From Candidatus Saccharimonadales bacterium (GTDB lineage: Bacteria > Patescibacteriota > Saccharimonadia > Saccharimonadales > DATKHC01), in contig JBBQBA010000001.1 in NCBI GenBank assembly GCA_038317055.1, positions 408,153 to 472,152 of the forward strand: a DNA stretch of 64,000 nucleotides. Direction: 5' to 3'. This document shows, piece after piece, positions 56,176 to 63,893 of this stretch; positions within the stretch are counted from its first letter, which is position 1; the number at the start of each line of letters is the position of its first letter. The notes under the pieces were generated by a model, which was not told the DNA's origin, made no database searches, and saw only the letters and a list, made by a program, of their open reading frames with translations. A program made the translations under genes and the position numbers.

Positions 56176-56252
56176 GGGGCGATTAGCTCATTTGGCTAGA
56201 GCGCCGCATTGACGTTGCGGAGGTGATAGGTTCGAATCCTATATCGCCCACC
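56176..56252 (+). tRNA. tRNA-Val (anticodon GAC)
   Basis: GGGCGAT-TA-GCTC-ATTTGGCTA-GAGC-G-CCGCA-TTGACGT-TGCGG-AGGTG-ATAGG-TTCGAAT-CCTAT-ATCGCCC-A-CCA. Confidence 0.9.
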
Positions 56253-56480
56253 AAAAACTAGGAAACTACTTTATATCAGATAAGGTAGTTTTTTAATTTA
56301 ATGCCACATGTGTATAAATCAGAAACTATATCACCAGTGGTATTATTGAATTAAATCGTGATCTTTAGTATATTAATCCCCAGACGTGAGTAATATTAAC
56401 AATATAATAGTACTAGCCTAATAGTACTAACCTTGTTATGATCTTTCGGTAGGTTAGGTTGTTCGAGGTTCCTGACCCAT

Positions 56481-56524
56481 ATCGGTTGAATGCAGTTACG
56501 AGGGCATTCAACCGATTTTTATTT
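56481..56524 (+). terminator. Strong intrinsic-terminator-like hairpin 76 nt upstream of thrS
   Basis: atcggttgaatgc-agttacgagg-gcattcaaccgat (13-bp perfect stem) followed by ttttattt. Confidence 0.6.
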
Positions 56525-56599
56525 AAACAAATTACAGGGGTATCATGGTATACTTATCGGTAATTACAAGGGTGATTAACGAGCTTTTTACGGACTAAT

Positions 56600-58450
56600 A
56601 TGGATAAAAATAGTGATTTAGAACCAATGCGACACAGTTTAGCGCATATAATGGCTTCAGCAGTTAAAAGAATTTGGCCTGAAGCTAAATTTGGTGTTGG
56701 CCCAGCGGTAGAAGATGGTTTTTACTACGATATAGACCTGGGTGATATAAGTATTTCTGAGGATAAATTTGCCGACATTACCAAAGAGATGAATAAAATA
56801 ATAACAGAGAATCAACCCTTTGAAAAATTTATGTTACCGATTGACGAAGCTATTGAATGGGCTAAGAAAGAAAAACAACCATATAAATTAGAACTTTTGA
56901 ATGATTTAAAGAGAGCTGGTACTACTGAAACCAAAGATATTAACGCAAGTGAACTTGGCGTAGAGGCAAAAGAAGGCTCGAAAGTAGAAGAAGTATCATT
57001 TTATAAAAATAGTGATTTTACTGACCTATGTCGTGGGCCACATGTTGCATCAACTGGCAGTGTCGGAAAATACAAGCTTATGCGAGTATCTGGTGCATAT
57101 TGGCGAGGAGATGATAAAAAACCACAAATGCAGCGTATATATGGAGTAGCATTCAATACCAAGGAGCAACTTAAAGAGCATTTAACGTTTCTAGAAGAGG
57201 CAAAGAAGCGAGATCACCGTAAAATTGGCCAAGAACTGGACCTATTTGTCTTTTCTGATCTTGTAGGGCCTGGATTACCGCTATATACACCCAGAGGTAC
57301 AGTTATTATCGAAGAGTTAAAAAGCGCACTCAGGGATATAAGCAAAGAACATGATATGCAAATGGTTTCAATTCCGCATCTAGCTAAAATTGAACTATAT
57401 GAGACATCAGGTCATGCTTCTAAGTTTGCCGAAGAGCTTTTCCATGTAAAGAGTCACTACGATCAACCATTTATCTTAAAACCAGTAAACTGTCCTCACC
57501 ATACTCAGATATACGCTTCTAGACCTAGGAGTTACCGTGAACTTCCACTTAGATATATAGAACAAACAATGCAATATCGTGACGAGAAACCAGGTCAAAT
57601 AGGTGGATTACAGCGTACACGTGGATTTACTGTTGATGACGGTCATACTTTTTGTAGAGTTGATCAGATAGATCAAGAAGTAGATGTACTAGTTCAAGCA
57701 ATCAAGAAATTTTACGAGAATATAGGTCTATGGGGAAAGCACTGGGTTTCTTTATCTGTTAGAGATCAAAGTGAACCAGAAAAATACATTGGAGAACCAA
57801 GCGATTGGGAAAAAGCTGAGACTATGCTTGAGACAGTAGCTAAAAAGTTCGAGCTAAACGCGAAACGCATGGAAGGTGAAGCAGCAATCTATGGTCCAAA
57901 ACTAGACTTTATGTTTAAGGATGCGCTTGGCCGTGAAACGCAACTTGCAACAATACAACTGGACTTCGCAATGCCAAAACGTTTTGGTCTAACATATATT
58001 GATCAAACAGGTCAGGATCAAACTCCAGTTATTATCCATCGAGCTATTTTGGGATCATTTGAAAGATTTATAATGCTTCTTATTGAGCATTATGCTGGCA
58101 AATTCCCAGTATGGCTTTCCCCAGAACAGGTTAGATTCATAACTGTAAATCAAGAAGATTCAACTATTGAGTTTGCTGATAAAATAGCCAAACAAGCTAA
58201 AAATTATGGAATTAGATTTACTCTAGATAATTCAAATGAATCAGTTGGTAAAAAGATACGTAACTCAGAACTAATGAAGATACCATACACTGTTGTCCTC
58301 GGAGAAAAAGAGATAGATACGGGTGACTTAATCCCCAGAATACGTAAAGATCTGGATATCGAGTCAAAAAATAAATCGTACAAATTTGATGAATTTCTAA
58401 AAGCCGTCTCAACAGAAGCATCATCCAGATCAGCTCAAAGCTCAATTTAA
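56600..58450 (+). CDS. thrS: Threonyl-tRNA synthetase (no N-terminal TGS domain)
   Basis: 616 aa. Starts directly in the editing-domain region (MRHSLAHIMASAVKRIWP), then the class II core (HTQIY, RTRGFTVDDGHTF, IHRAILGSFERF) and the anticodon-binding domain. Confidence 0.95.
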   Translation: MDKNSDLEPMRHSLAHIMASAVKRIWPEAKFGVGPAVEDGFYYDIDLGDISISEDKFADITKEMNKIITENQPFEKFMLPIDEAIEWAKKEKQPYKLELLNDLKRAGTTETKDINASELGVEAKEGSKVEEVSFYKNSDFTDLCRGPHVASTGSVGKYKLMRVSGAYWRGDDKKPQMQRIYGVAFNTKEQLKEHLTFLEEAKKRDHRKIGQELDLFVFSDLVGPGLPLYTPRGTVIIEELKSALRDISKEHDMQMVSIPHLAKIELYETSGHASKFAEELFHVKSHYDQPFILKPVNCPHHTQIYASRPRSYRELPLRYIEQTMQYRDEKPGQIGGLQRTRGFTVDDGHTFCRVDQIDQEVDVLVQAIKKFYENIGLWGKHWVSLSVRDQSEPEKYIGEPSDWEKAETMLETVAKKFELNAKRMEGEAAIYGPKLDFMFKDALGRETQLATIQLDFAMPKRFGLTYIDQTGQDQTPVIIHRAILGSFERFIMLLIEHYAGKFPVWLSPEQVRFITVNQEDSTIEFADKIAKQAKNYGIRFTLDNSNESVGKKIRNSELMKIPYTVVLGEKEIDTGDLIPRIRKDLDIESKNKSYKFDEFLKAVSTEASSRSAQSSI

Positions 58451-58466
58451 GTGCTAAACTAATCTG

Positions 58467-58790
58467 ATGGCAAGAGATAGTAAGCCTAATTTTAGGCATT
58501 TAGTTGAGTTTTATGTCAGACAAATTCCTAAGGGTAGAGTTATGACATATGGCCAACTAGCAGCATTATCAGGAAATGCTGCTGCCGCAAGGATAGTTGG
58601 TGGAATTGCACACTTTGGAGATCCGGATTTACCCTGGCAGAGAGTGGTTAATAAGCAAGGTGGACTCGCAAGCGGTTATCCCGGTGGTAGAAATGGACAT
58701 AAACTGGCCCTTGAAGCTGAAGGCGTATCTGTTACGACTGATTTTAAAGTAAATATAGAAAAGTTAATATGGTATCCGGAACAATCTTAA
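58467..58790 (+). CDS. Alkyltransferase-like (ATL) protein, MGMT DNA-binding domain with the Cys replaced
   Basis: 107 aa. YGQLAALSG...ARIVGGI...LPWQRVVNKQG has the MGMT PCHRV motif reading PWQRV. Confidence 0.7.
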   Translation: MARDSKPNFRHLVEFYVRQIPKGRVMTYGQLAALSGNAAAARIVGGIAHFGDPDLPWQRVVNKQGGLASGYPGGRNGHKLALEAEGVSVTTDFKVNIEKLIWYPEQS

Positions 58791-59656
58791 AACCACTGAT
58801 TGTAATAGTTGGACAAACCGCCTCAGGAAAATCTGATCTTGCAATGGAAATTGCCAGAAAATTTAAAGGTGAAATTATAAATGCCGATTCTTGGTCTGTA
58901 TATAAAGGATTTGATATTGGAACTGCTAAACCAAGTAACGGGGATCAACAACAGATAAAGCACCACTTAATAAATGTTGCTGATCCAAAAGAGGGATTTA
59001 GTGCGGCGATATTCAAGAAACAGGCTTCCAAGGCCATCCAGGATATATATAAAAGAGGAAAACTACCGATTATTTCTGGTGGAACAGGTTTATATATAGA
59101 TAGCATACTATTTGATTACAGTTTCATGCCGGCTAGTCCAGCTCAATTGAGAGAAAAATATAATTTGTATAGCCTAGAGGAACTCCAAAGAGAAGTACTT
59201 AAGTATAAATACGATACTGACGGAGTTGATTTAAACAATAAACGTCGGCTTATTAGGCTCCTAGAAAATAAAGGTAACAAGCCAAAATCAAAACCAATCC
59301 GTCAAAATACATTAATAATTGGTCTTGCAATCGAACCAGAAAAGCTTCAGAAAAATGTAGATTCAAGGATAAATAAAATGATAAAAATGGGTCTAGAAAA
59401 TGAAGTTTTAAGTCTTCAAAAAAAATACGGCTGGGACATTGAGCCGATGAAAGGGATTGGATATCGCGAGTTTAAAAAGCAGTTTGAAGGTACCCAAAAC
59501 ATTGAACAAACGAAAGACTTAATAATAATTCACTCACTCCAATTAGCCAAAAAACAGCTAACTTGGTTCAAACGTAATAATAGTATTCAATGGGTTAGTA
59601 ATAGAAGTAAAACTATTGCAATTGTGACAACGTATTTGAATAAATTAAGTGATTAA
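58769..59656 (+). CDS. miaA: tRNA dimethylallyltransferase
   Basis: IVIVGQTASGKSDLAMEIA (P-loop), INADSWSVYKGFDIGTAKP and LPIISGGTGLYIDSIL. Confidence 0.9.
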   Translation: MVSGTILKPLIVIVGQTASGKSDLAMEIARKFKGEIINADSWSVYKGFDIGTAKPSNGDQQQIKHHLINVADPKEGFSAAIFKKQASKAIQDIYKRGKLPIISGGTGLYIDSILFDYSFMPASPAQLREKYNLYSLEELQREVLKYKYDTDGVDLNNKRRLIRLLENKGNKPKSKPIRQNTLIIGLAIEPEKLQKNVDSRINKMIKMGLENEVLSLQKKYGWDIEPMKGIGYREFKKQFEGTQNIEQTKDLIIIHSLQLAKKQLTWFKRNNSIQWVSNRSKTIAIVTTYLNKLSD

Positions 59657-59683
59657 ATATCAAAAATCTGATACAATAAAATA

Positions 59684-60301
59684 ATGATTGAGCAACTGTT
59701 TGGATCAAAGACGAGGGTCAAGTTATTACATCTTTTTTATAGCAACCCAAACCGAGCTTTTTACGTTAGGGAAATTACTCGGAAAATTGATGAGCAAATA
59801 AATTCGGTTAGACGAGAACTTGCAAACTTACTTAGTATTGGAATTATTTCCTCTGACACAAATAACAATCGTTTGTACTATGAAGTAAATCAAGACTATG
59901 AATACTACCCACCATTATCAAAAATATTTGGAGGTGGTGGACCAGCAACTGACGCACATGCCAAAAAGACCTCAAGTGCACCCGACGATAAGAAGCTAGA
60001 AAATCCAATTAAAGCAATTGGTAATGTAGAACTAGCAATTTTTACCGGTCATTTTACTAGGGATGAATCTGCAGGTGTCGATGTGCTAATAGTGGGGGAT
60101 GTTAATCCTACTCAGCTAAATAAATATATTACCGATCTAGAAAAGCAGGAAGATCAAGACTTACGCTACACTGTATTATCATCGGATGAATTTCGTTATC
60201 GAAGAGAAGTAAATGATCGTTTTGTAACGCTTGTCTTAAACTCAAAGAAACAAATAGTCGCAGATAAAAATAATTTAATGGGTTCAACAGCTTCAAGTTA
60301 G
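59684..60301 (+). CDS. Winged-helix (ArsR-like) DNA-binding protein with C-terminal domain of unknown function
   Basis: LFGSKTRVKLLHLFYSNPNRAFYVREITRKIDEQINSVRRELANLLSIGII is a wHTH pattern. Confidence 0.5.
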   Translation: MIEQLFGSKTRVKLLHLFYSNPNRAFYVREITRKIDEQINSVRRELANLLSIGIISSDTNNNRLYYEVNQDYEYYPPLSKIFGGGGPATDAHAKKTSSAPDDKKLENPIKAIGNVELAIFTGHFTRDESAGVDVLIVGDVNPTQLNKYITDLEKQEDQDLRYTVLSSDEFRYRREVNDRFVTLVLNSKKQIVADKNNLMGSTASS

Positions 60302-60311
60302 GGGGAGAAAA

Positions 60312-60941
60312 ATGGAAATACAATATCACGGGGCAAACTGCATTCGAATAACTACCAAAAAAGCCAACATAATCATTGATGGCATAGTTGATGGAGCTAC
60401 AAAACCATTCATAAAGAGTGGTGACACAGTTTTATTCACTGAAAATGCTCAAAGAAAGATAGATGTTGAAGTAAAGCTAGTTATAGATAAACCAGGTGAA
60501 TATGAAATAGCTGATACATCTATTGTTGGTATCCCAGCTAAATCATTTAAAGCCGAACCCAAAACCCTAGACAACACTATATATAAGATTGAATGTGATG
60601 ATATTAAACTAGCAATTATCGGTAATATTGACCCCGCTCTTTCGGATTCACAGCTTGAATCTCTTGGAGAGGTGAATGTTATTGTACTTCCAGTTGGAAA
60701 TCACGAAACTACACTAAGTGGTGCAGACGCATTAACTTTAATTAAGAATATAGAACCATATGTAGTAGTACCAACTCACTACGCAGATTCTAATATTAAA
60801 TACAAAACTCCTCAAGCAAGTCTAAGTGAAGCACTAAAAGAACTTGCTATGGAGCCTTTTGAAACCGTTCCTAAACTTAAATTAAAATCCTCGAACTTTA
60901 TCGAGGGTGAAGCTGTGAAGTTAATAGTTCTAGAGAGCTAG
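60312..60941 (+). CDS. MBL-fold (UPF0173-like) protein, metal motif not evident
   Basis: MEIQYHGANCIRITTKKANIIIDG ... VVVPTHY resembles the Lactamase_B_3 layout, but no HxHxDH is seen. Confidence 0.35.
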   Translation: MEIQYHGANCIRITTKKANIIIDGIVDGATKPFIKSGDTVLFTENAQRKIDVEVKLVIDKPGEYEIADTSIVGIPAKSFKAEPKTLDNTIYKIECDDIKLAIIGNIDPALSDSQLESLGEVNVIVLPVGNHETTLSGADALTLIKNIEPYVVVPTHYADSNIKYKTPQASLSEALKELAMEPFETVPKLKLKSSNFIEGEAVKLIVLES

Positions 60942-60948
60942 AACCGAA

Positions 60949-61143
60949 TTATTTAGTAATTAGACCTTTTTTTCTAAGAGTTCTAATTGCTTGAGTACTT
61001 ATCTTTAGCTTGGTTTTCTTGCCGTCTATGATAATAGTTTTAGTCTGAAGGTTTGGCTTCCATACTTTATTGGTATGACGTTGAGAGAAACTAACGTTAC
61101 TACCAAATTGTTTGCCTTTTCCTGTTAATTCACATACCTGCAT
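60949..61143 (-). CDS. rpmB: 50S ribosomal protein L28
   Basis: MQVCELTGKGKQFGSNVSFSQRHTNKVWKPNLQ is L28-typical. 64 aa. Confidence 0.9.
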   Translation of the reverse strand: MQVCELTGKGKQFGSNVSFSQRHTNKVWKPNLQTKTIIIDGKKTKLKISTQAIRTLRKKGLITK

Positions 61144-61245
61144 GATTTTCTCACTAACTTTAAAGTGTTATTCTATGTTTTTTCTTAGTGTAAGTCAATA
61201 CTATCATTCCTGTTTGAGAATAATATATCCTGTATAATAAATGTA

Positions 61246-61863
61246 ATGTTTAATAGTACGTCCGTCTCTGACATAGCTGTCCTGATTGTATGTCTTGTAG
61301 TTTCTCTGACGATTCATGAGTTTATGCATGGCTATGTAGGTTATCTGCTGGGTGATACAACTGCGGAAGAGCAGGGTAGGTTAAGCTTAAACCCACTAAA
61401 GCATATTGACCCATTTATGACTGTAATTCTACCTATTATTACGCTGGTGATCTTTCATGTTCCGATTCTAGCCGCAAAACCTGTTCCTTTTGATCCCAGA
61501 AGGCTCAAATACGAAGAGTATGGAGCTGCACTTCTAGCAGCAGCTGGTCCTTTTTCAAATCTTATTTTAGCTATAATAGCCACCATAGTCATTCAATATA
61601 TTAATGTGGGGCAATTCTTCGGTCATGCGCTACTTACTTTTATTTCATTGAATGTTATTTTGTTTGTCTTCAATCTAATTCCAATTCCACCTCTAGATGG
61701 TTCAAGGGTACTTTATGCTTTTGCACCAGAACCCGTCCAAGAATTCATGCAAAGAATAGAGCCTTTTGGATTCTTCTTCATAATTGCCGTGGCATTGGCC
61801 GGTGGTTTTACCCTGTTAACCAATCTTTATGGTCTAGTTTTATCAGCTTTAAGTCATATATAA
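61246..61863 (+). CDS. Site-2 protease family (M50) zinc metalloprotease
   Basis: HEFMH (HExxH) inside TM1, and the second motif NLIPIPPLDGSRV (NxxPxxxLDG). 205 aa, polytopic. Confidence 0.75.
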   Translation: MFNSTSVSDIAVLIVCLVVSLTIHEFMHGYVGYLLGDTTAEEQGRLSLNPLKHIDPFMTVILPIITLVIFHVPILAAKPVPFDPRRLKYEEYGAALLAAAGPFSNLILAIIATIVIQYINVGQFFGHALLTFISLNVILFVFNLIPIPPLDGSRVLYAFAPEPVQEFMQRIEPFGFFFIIAVALAGGFTLLTNLYGLVLSALSHI

Positions 61864-61904
61864 ATCATCTATATTAAGCACTAATTAAAATGTATAATTA
61901 GTGC

Positions 61905-62040
61905 AGATCGGCTAGATCTACCGAATTAATCTGAATAATTTTATATCGGGAGTTCAATATCCATCGTTAGCCTTGGCTAATGTGTGCGAACACCCACCTG
62001 GGTTCTCTCAGGTTATAAAAGGTGATCTGGCCGATTTTTT
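61905..62040 (+). ncRNA. Candidate structured small RNA of unknown class
   Basis: Extended -10 tgtataat at 61891-98. The 5' segment atcggctagatc-t-acc (61907-22) pairs with ggt-gatctggccgat (62021-35), giving 15 bp with one bulge and one G-U, followed by a T6 run. Internal hairpins: ttagc-cttg-gctaa, gtgt-gcga-acac and acctg-N8-caggt. Confidence 0.4.
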
Positions 62041-62046
62041 AATATA

Positions 62047-62123
62047 TGGTCGGGGTGACAGGACTTGAACCTGCGACCTCACGGCCCCCAGCCGTACGCG
62101 CTAGCCAACTGCGCCACACCCCG
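62047..62123 (-). tRNA. tRNA-Pro (anticodon GGG)
   Basis: Reverse complement CGGGGTG-TG-GCGC-AGTTGGCTA-GCGC-G-TACGG-CTGGGGG-CCGTG-AGGTC-GCAGG-TTCAAGT-CCTGT-CACCCCG-A-CCA. Confidence 0.85.
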
Positions 62124-62173
62124 ATAATGACTTAACATAGAATAAACTAATTGAATCTAGGTTAGAATAGTAA

Positions 62174-62914
62174 ATGATGAAATATCTGAAAATCAAAGAA
62201 GGTCTATTGGATGATATAAATGACAGCAAGATAACAACTCTTGCTCTTGTTAATGACAAAGATGATATATCAGTTGATGATCAAATTGAGTTATTTAATT
62301 CTGAGAATGTAGCATTTGGAAAAGCCATAGTTGAATCTATTCAAATAGTTAAATTATCTACATTTCCTACTGAAGATATTAAATCTTTAATGCCCTCAGA
62401 TGATATTAGTCTTTCAGCCGATGATCATTTAAAGACGATCTTTTTTAAATACGAAAAATATAATAAACCTAAAAGCTTGAGTAGTAAATCTGATTTAGAT
62501 ACTACTGATATTAAGATATACGCTGATGGTGGCTCTAGAGGAAATCCTGGTCCATCTGCTTCTGGCTATGTACTTCTAACAGAAGATGATCAGTTAATTA
62601 AGGCAAATGGTGTATTTTTGGGCACCACTACAAATAATCAAGCCGAATATAAGTCGATAAAATTCGCTCTTCAAGATGCATTGGCGCTTGGAACTAAAAC
62701 AGTGGATGTATACATGGATAGCTTGTTAGTTGTGAATCAAATAAACGGCAAATTTAAGATAAAAAACGAAGCGTTGTATCCGATTTATCGAGATATTAAA
62801 GATCTTGTTACTCAATTCGATAGTGTTTCATTTACACATGTACCAAGAGCTCTAAATAAACTTGCTGATGAGCAGGTAAATATATGCCTAGATAACGAAC
62901 TCGGTATTACTTAA
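62174..62914 (+). CDS. rnhA: Ribonuclease HI with an N-terminal ~110-aa extra domain (ASCH/PUA-like?)
   Basis: C-terminal half: IYADGGSRGNPGPSASGYVL, TNNQAEYKSIKFAL, VYMDSLLVVNQ and HVPRALNKLADEQ are the RNase H1 DEDD residues in context. The N-terminal domain is unassigned. Confidence 0.8.
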   Translation: MMKYLKIKEGLLDDINDSKITTLALVNDKDDISVDDQIELFNSENVAFGKAIVESIQIVKLSTFPTEDIKSLMPSDDISLSADDHLKTIFFKYEKYNKPKSLSSKSDLDTTDIKIYADGGSRGNPGPSASGYVLLTEDDQLIKANGVFLGTTTNNQAEYKSIKFALQDALALGTKTVDVYMDSLLVVNQINGKFKIKNEALYPIYRDIKDLVTQFDSVSFTHVPRALNKLADEQVNICLDNELGIT

Positions 62915-62948
62915 GTTTAAGATGATTCTACGCTATAATTATCTCTAG

Positions 62949-63293
62949 CCAGATTATTGACTAGTCGCTTGTCTATTTATAGATAAGAGGAAAGTCCGGG
63001 CAGCATAGGGAAGGACAGTTGCTAACGGCAACCGGGAGCAATCCTAGGGAAAGTGCCACAGAAACAATACCGCCATTTATGGTAAGGGTGAAAAGAGTGG
63101 GGTAAGAGCCCACAGTTTTACTGGGTGACTAGTAAAAGTGGTAAACCCTGTCTGCTGCAAGGGGATGGTGCATATCGTATTTCGAATGGTGTCCCGCCAC
63201 CGCATCGTCAATTTGATCCGCTTGATTCTAATGGCAACGTTAGAACTAGATAGATGATTAGTCACGACAGAACCCGGCTTATAGATAATCTGG
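62949..63293 (+). ncRNA. rnpB: RNase P RNA, bacterial type A
   Basis: Universal P4 strands GAGGAAAGTCCGGGC (about 62988) and ACAGAACCCGGCTTA (about 63267). P1 ccagattat/ataatctgg and P2 tgactagtc/gattagtca close the molecule. GGTAAGGGTGAAA and GTAAGAGCC core elements are present. Confidence 0.92.
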
Positions 63294-63309
63294 TCTATAG
63301 AATAATTAA

Positions 63310-63336
63310 AAAAGCCACCTGAATGAGGTGGCTTTT
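63310..63336. terminator. Bidirectional intrinsic terminator between rnpB (+) and rplT (-)
   Basis: aaaagccacct-gaatg-aggtggctttt: an 11-bp perfect stem flanked by an A run and a T run. Confidence 0.75.
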
Positions 63337-63352
63337 ATATTAGTTTAATTTT

Positions 63353-63697
63353 TTATTTTGATGAAGCATCAACTACTGCCTTAAAGCTAGCAGGTTCATT
63401 TACGGCTAATTCACTAAGGATTTTACGGTCCAAAGTAATATTAGATTTCTTCAAGTTAGCTATTAGATGGCTGTAGGTTGTGCCATTAATTCTTGCTGCT
63501 GCATTAATTCTGGCATTCCATAGACTTCGAAGTGTTCTTTTCTTATTGCGTCGGTCACGGTAGGCAAACTGTAGGGCTTTTGTAGTGGCTTGTCTGCCTC
63601 TACGTATACTTGAACGGTTTGATCGTGTCATACCCCTCGTCTGTAGACGAATTTTATTATGCTTCTTGTGAGCTGCAACTCCTCTTTTTACTCTCAT
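63353..63697 (-). CDS. rplT: 50S ribosomal protein L20
   Basis: MRVKRGVAAHKKHNKI...AYRDRRNKKR..RSLWNARINAAAR is L20-typical. Confidence 0.95.
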   Translation of the reverse strand: MRVKRGVAAHKKHNKIRLQTRGMTRSNRSSIRRGRQATTKALQFAYRDRRNKKRTLRSLWNARINAAARINGTTYSHLIANLKKSNITLDRKILSELAVNEPASFKAVVDASSK

Positions 63698-63698
63698 C

Positions 63699-63893
63699 TT
63701 AGACTCCTAGCCTCAATCTTATATTCTTCTTGTCTTTACCGACAATACTTTTAGGCGTGGCCAAACGTCTCTTTCGAGAGTTACTTTTCTTTTCCATAAA
63801 GTGATTAGTCATAGAGTGTCTAGCAAGAACTTTACCGTTCTTTGTAACTCTAATTCTATCTTTGGTACCACTATGCGTCTTTAGTTTTGGCAC
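63699..63893 (-). CDS. rpmI: 50S ribosomal protein L35
   Basis: (GTG)PKLKTHSGTKDRIRVTKNGK... is L35-typical. AAGGAG lies 9 nt upstream. Confidence 0.95.
   Translation of the reverse strand: MPKLKTHSGTKDRIRVTKNGKVLARHSMTNHFMEKKSNSRKRRLATPKSIVGKDKKNIRLRLGV

Noticed and set aside
56330-56530. Calling the thrS upstream region a T-box riboswitch
   Set aside because: I could recognise no GGUGGNACCGCG T-box sequence, no AGAGA/GNUGGA stem I elements and no clear ACN specifier loop. Only the terminator is solid.
61905-62040. Assigning the candidate sRNA to a known class (SRP RNA, 6S RNA, ZTP riboswitch)
   Set aside because: I could not find the SRP helix-8 GGAA/AGCA elements. It is short for a 6S RNA. 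ccacctggg only superficially resembles the ZTP CCGCCUGGGC segment, and there is no downstream gene to regulate because tRNA-Pro converges on it. I left it as unknown class.
63077-63265. 62-aa minus-strand ORF
   Set aside because: It lies wholly within the RNase P RNA gene (conserved P4 strands flank it), so it is spurious.
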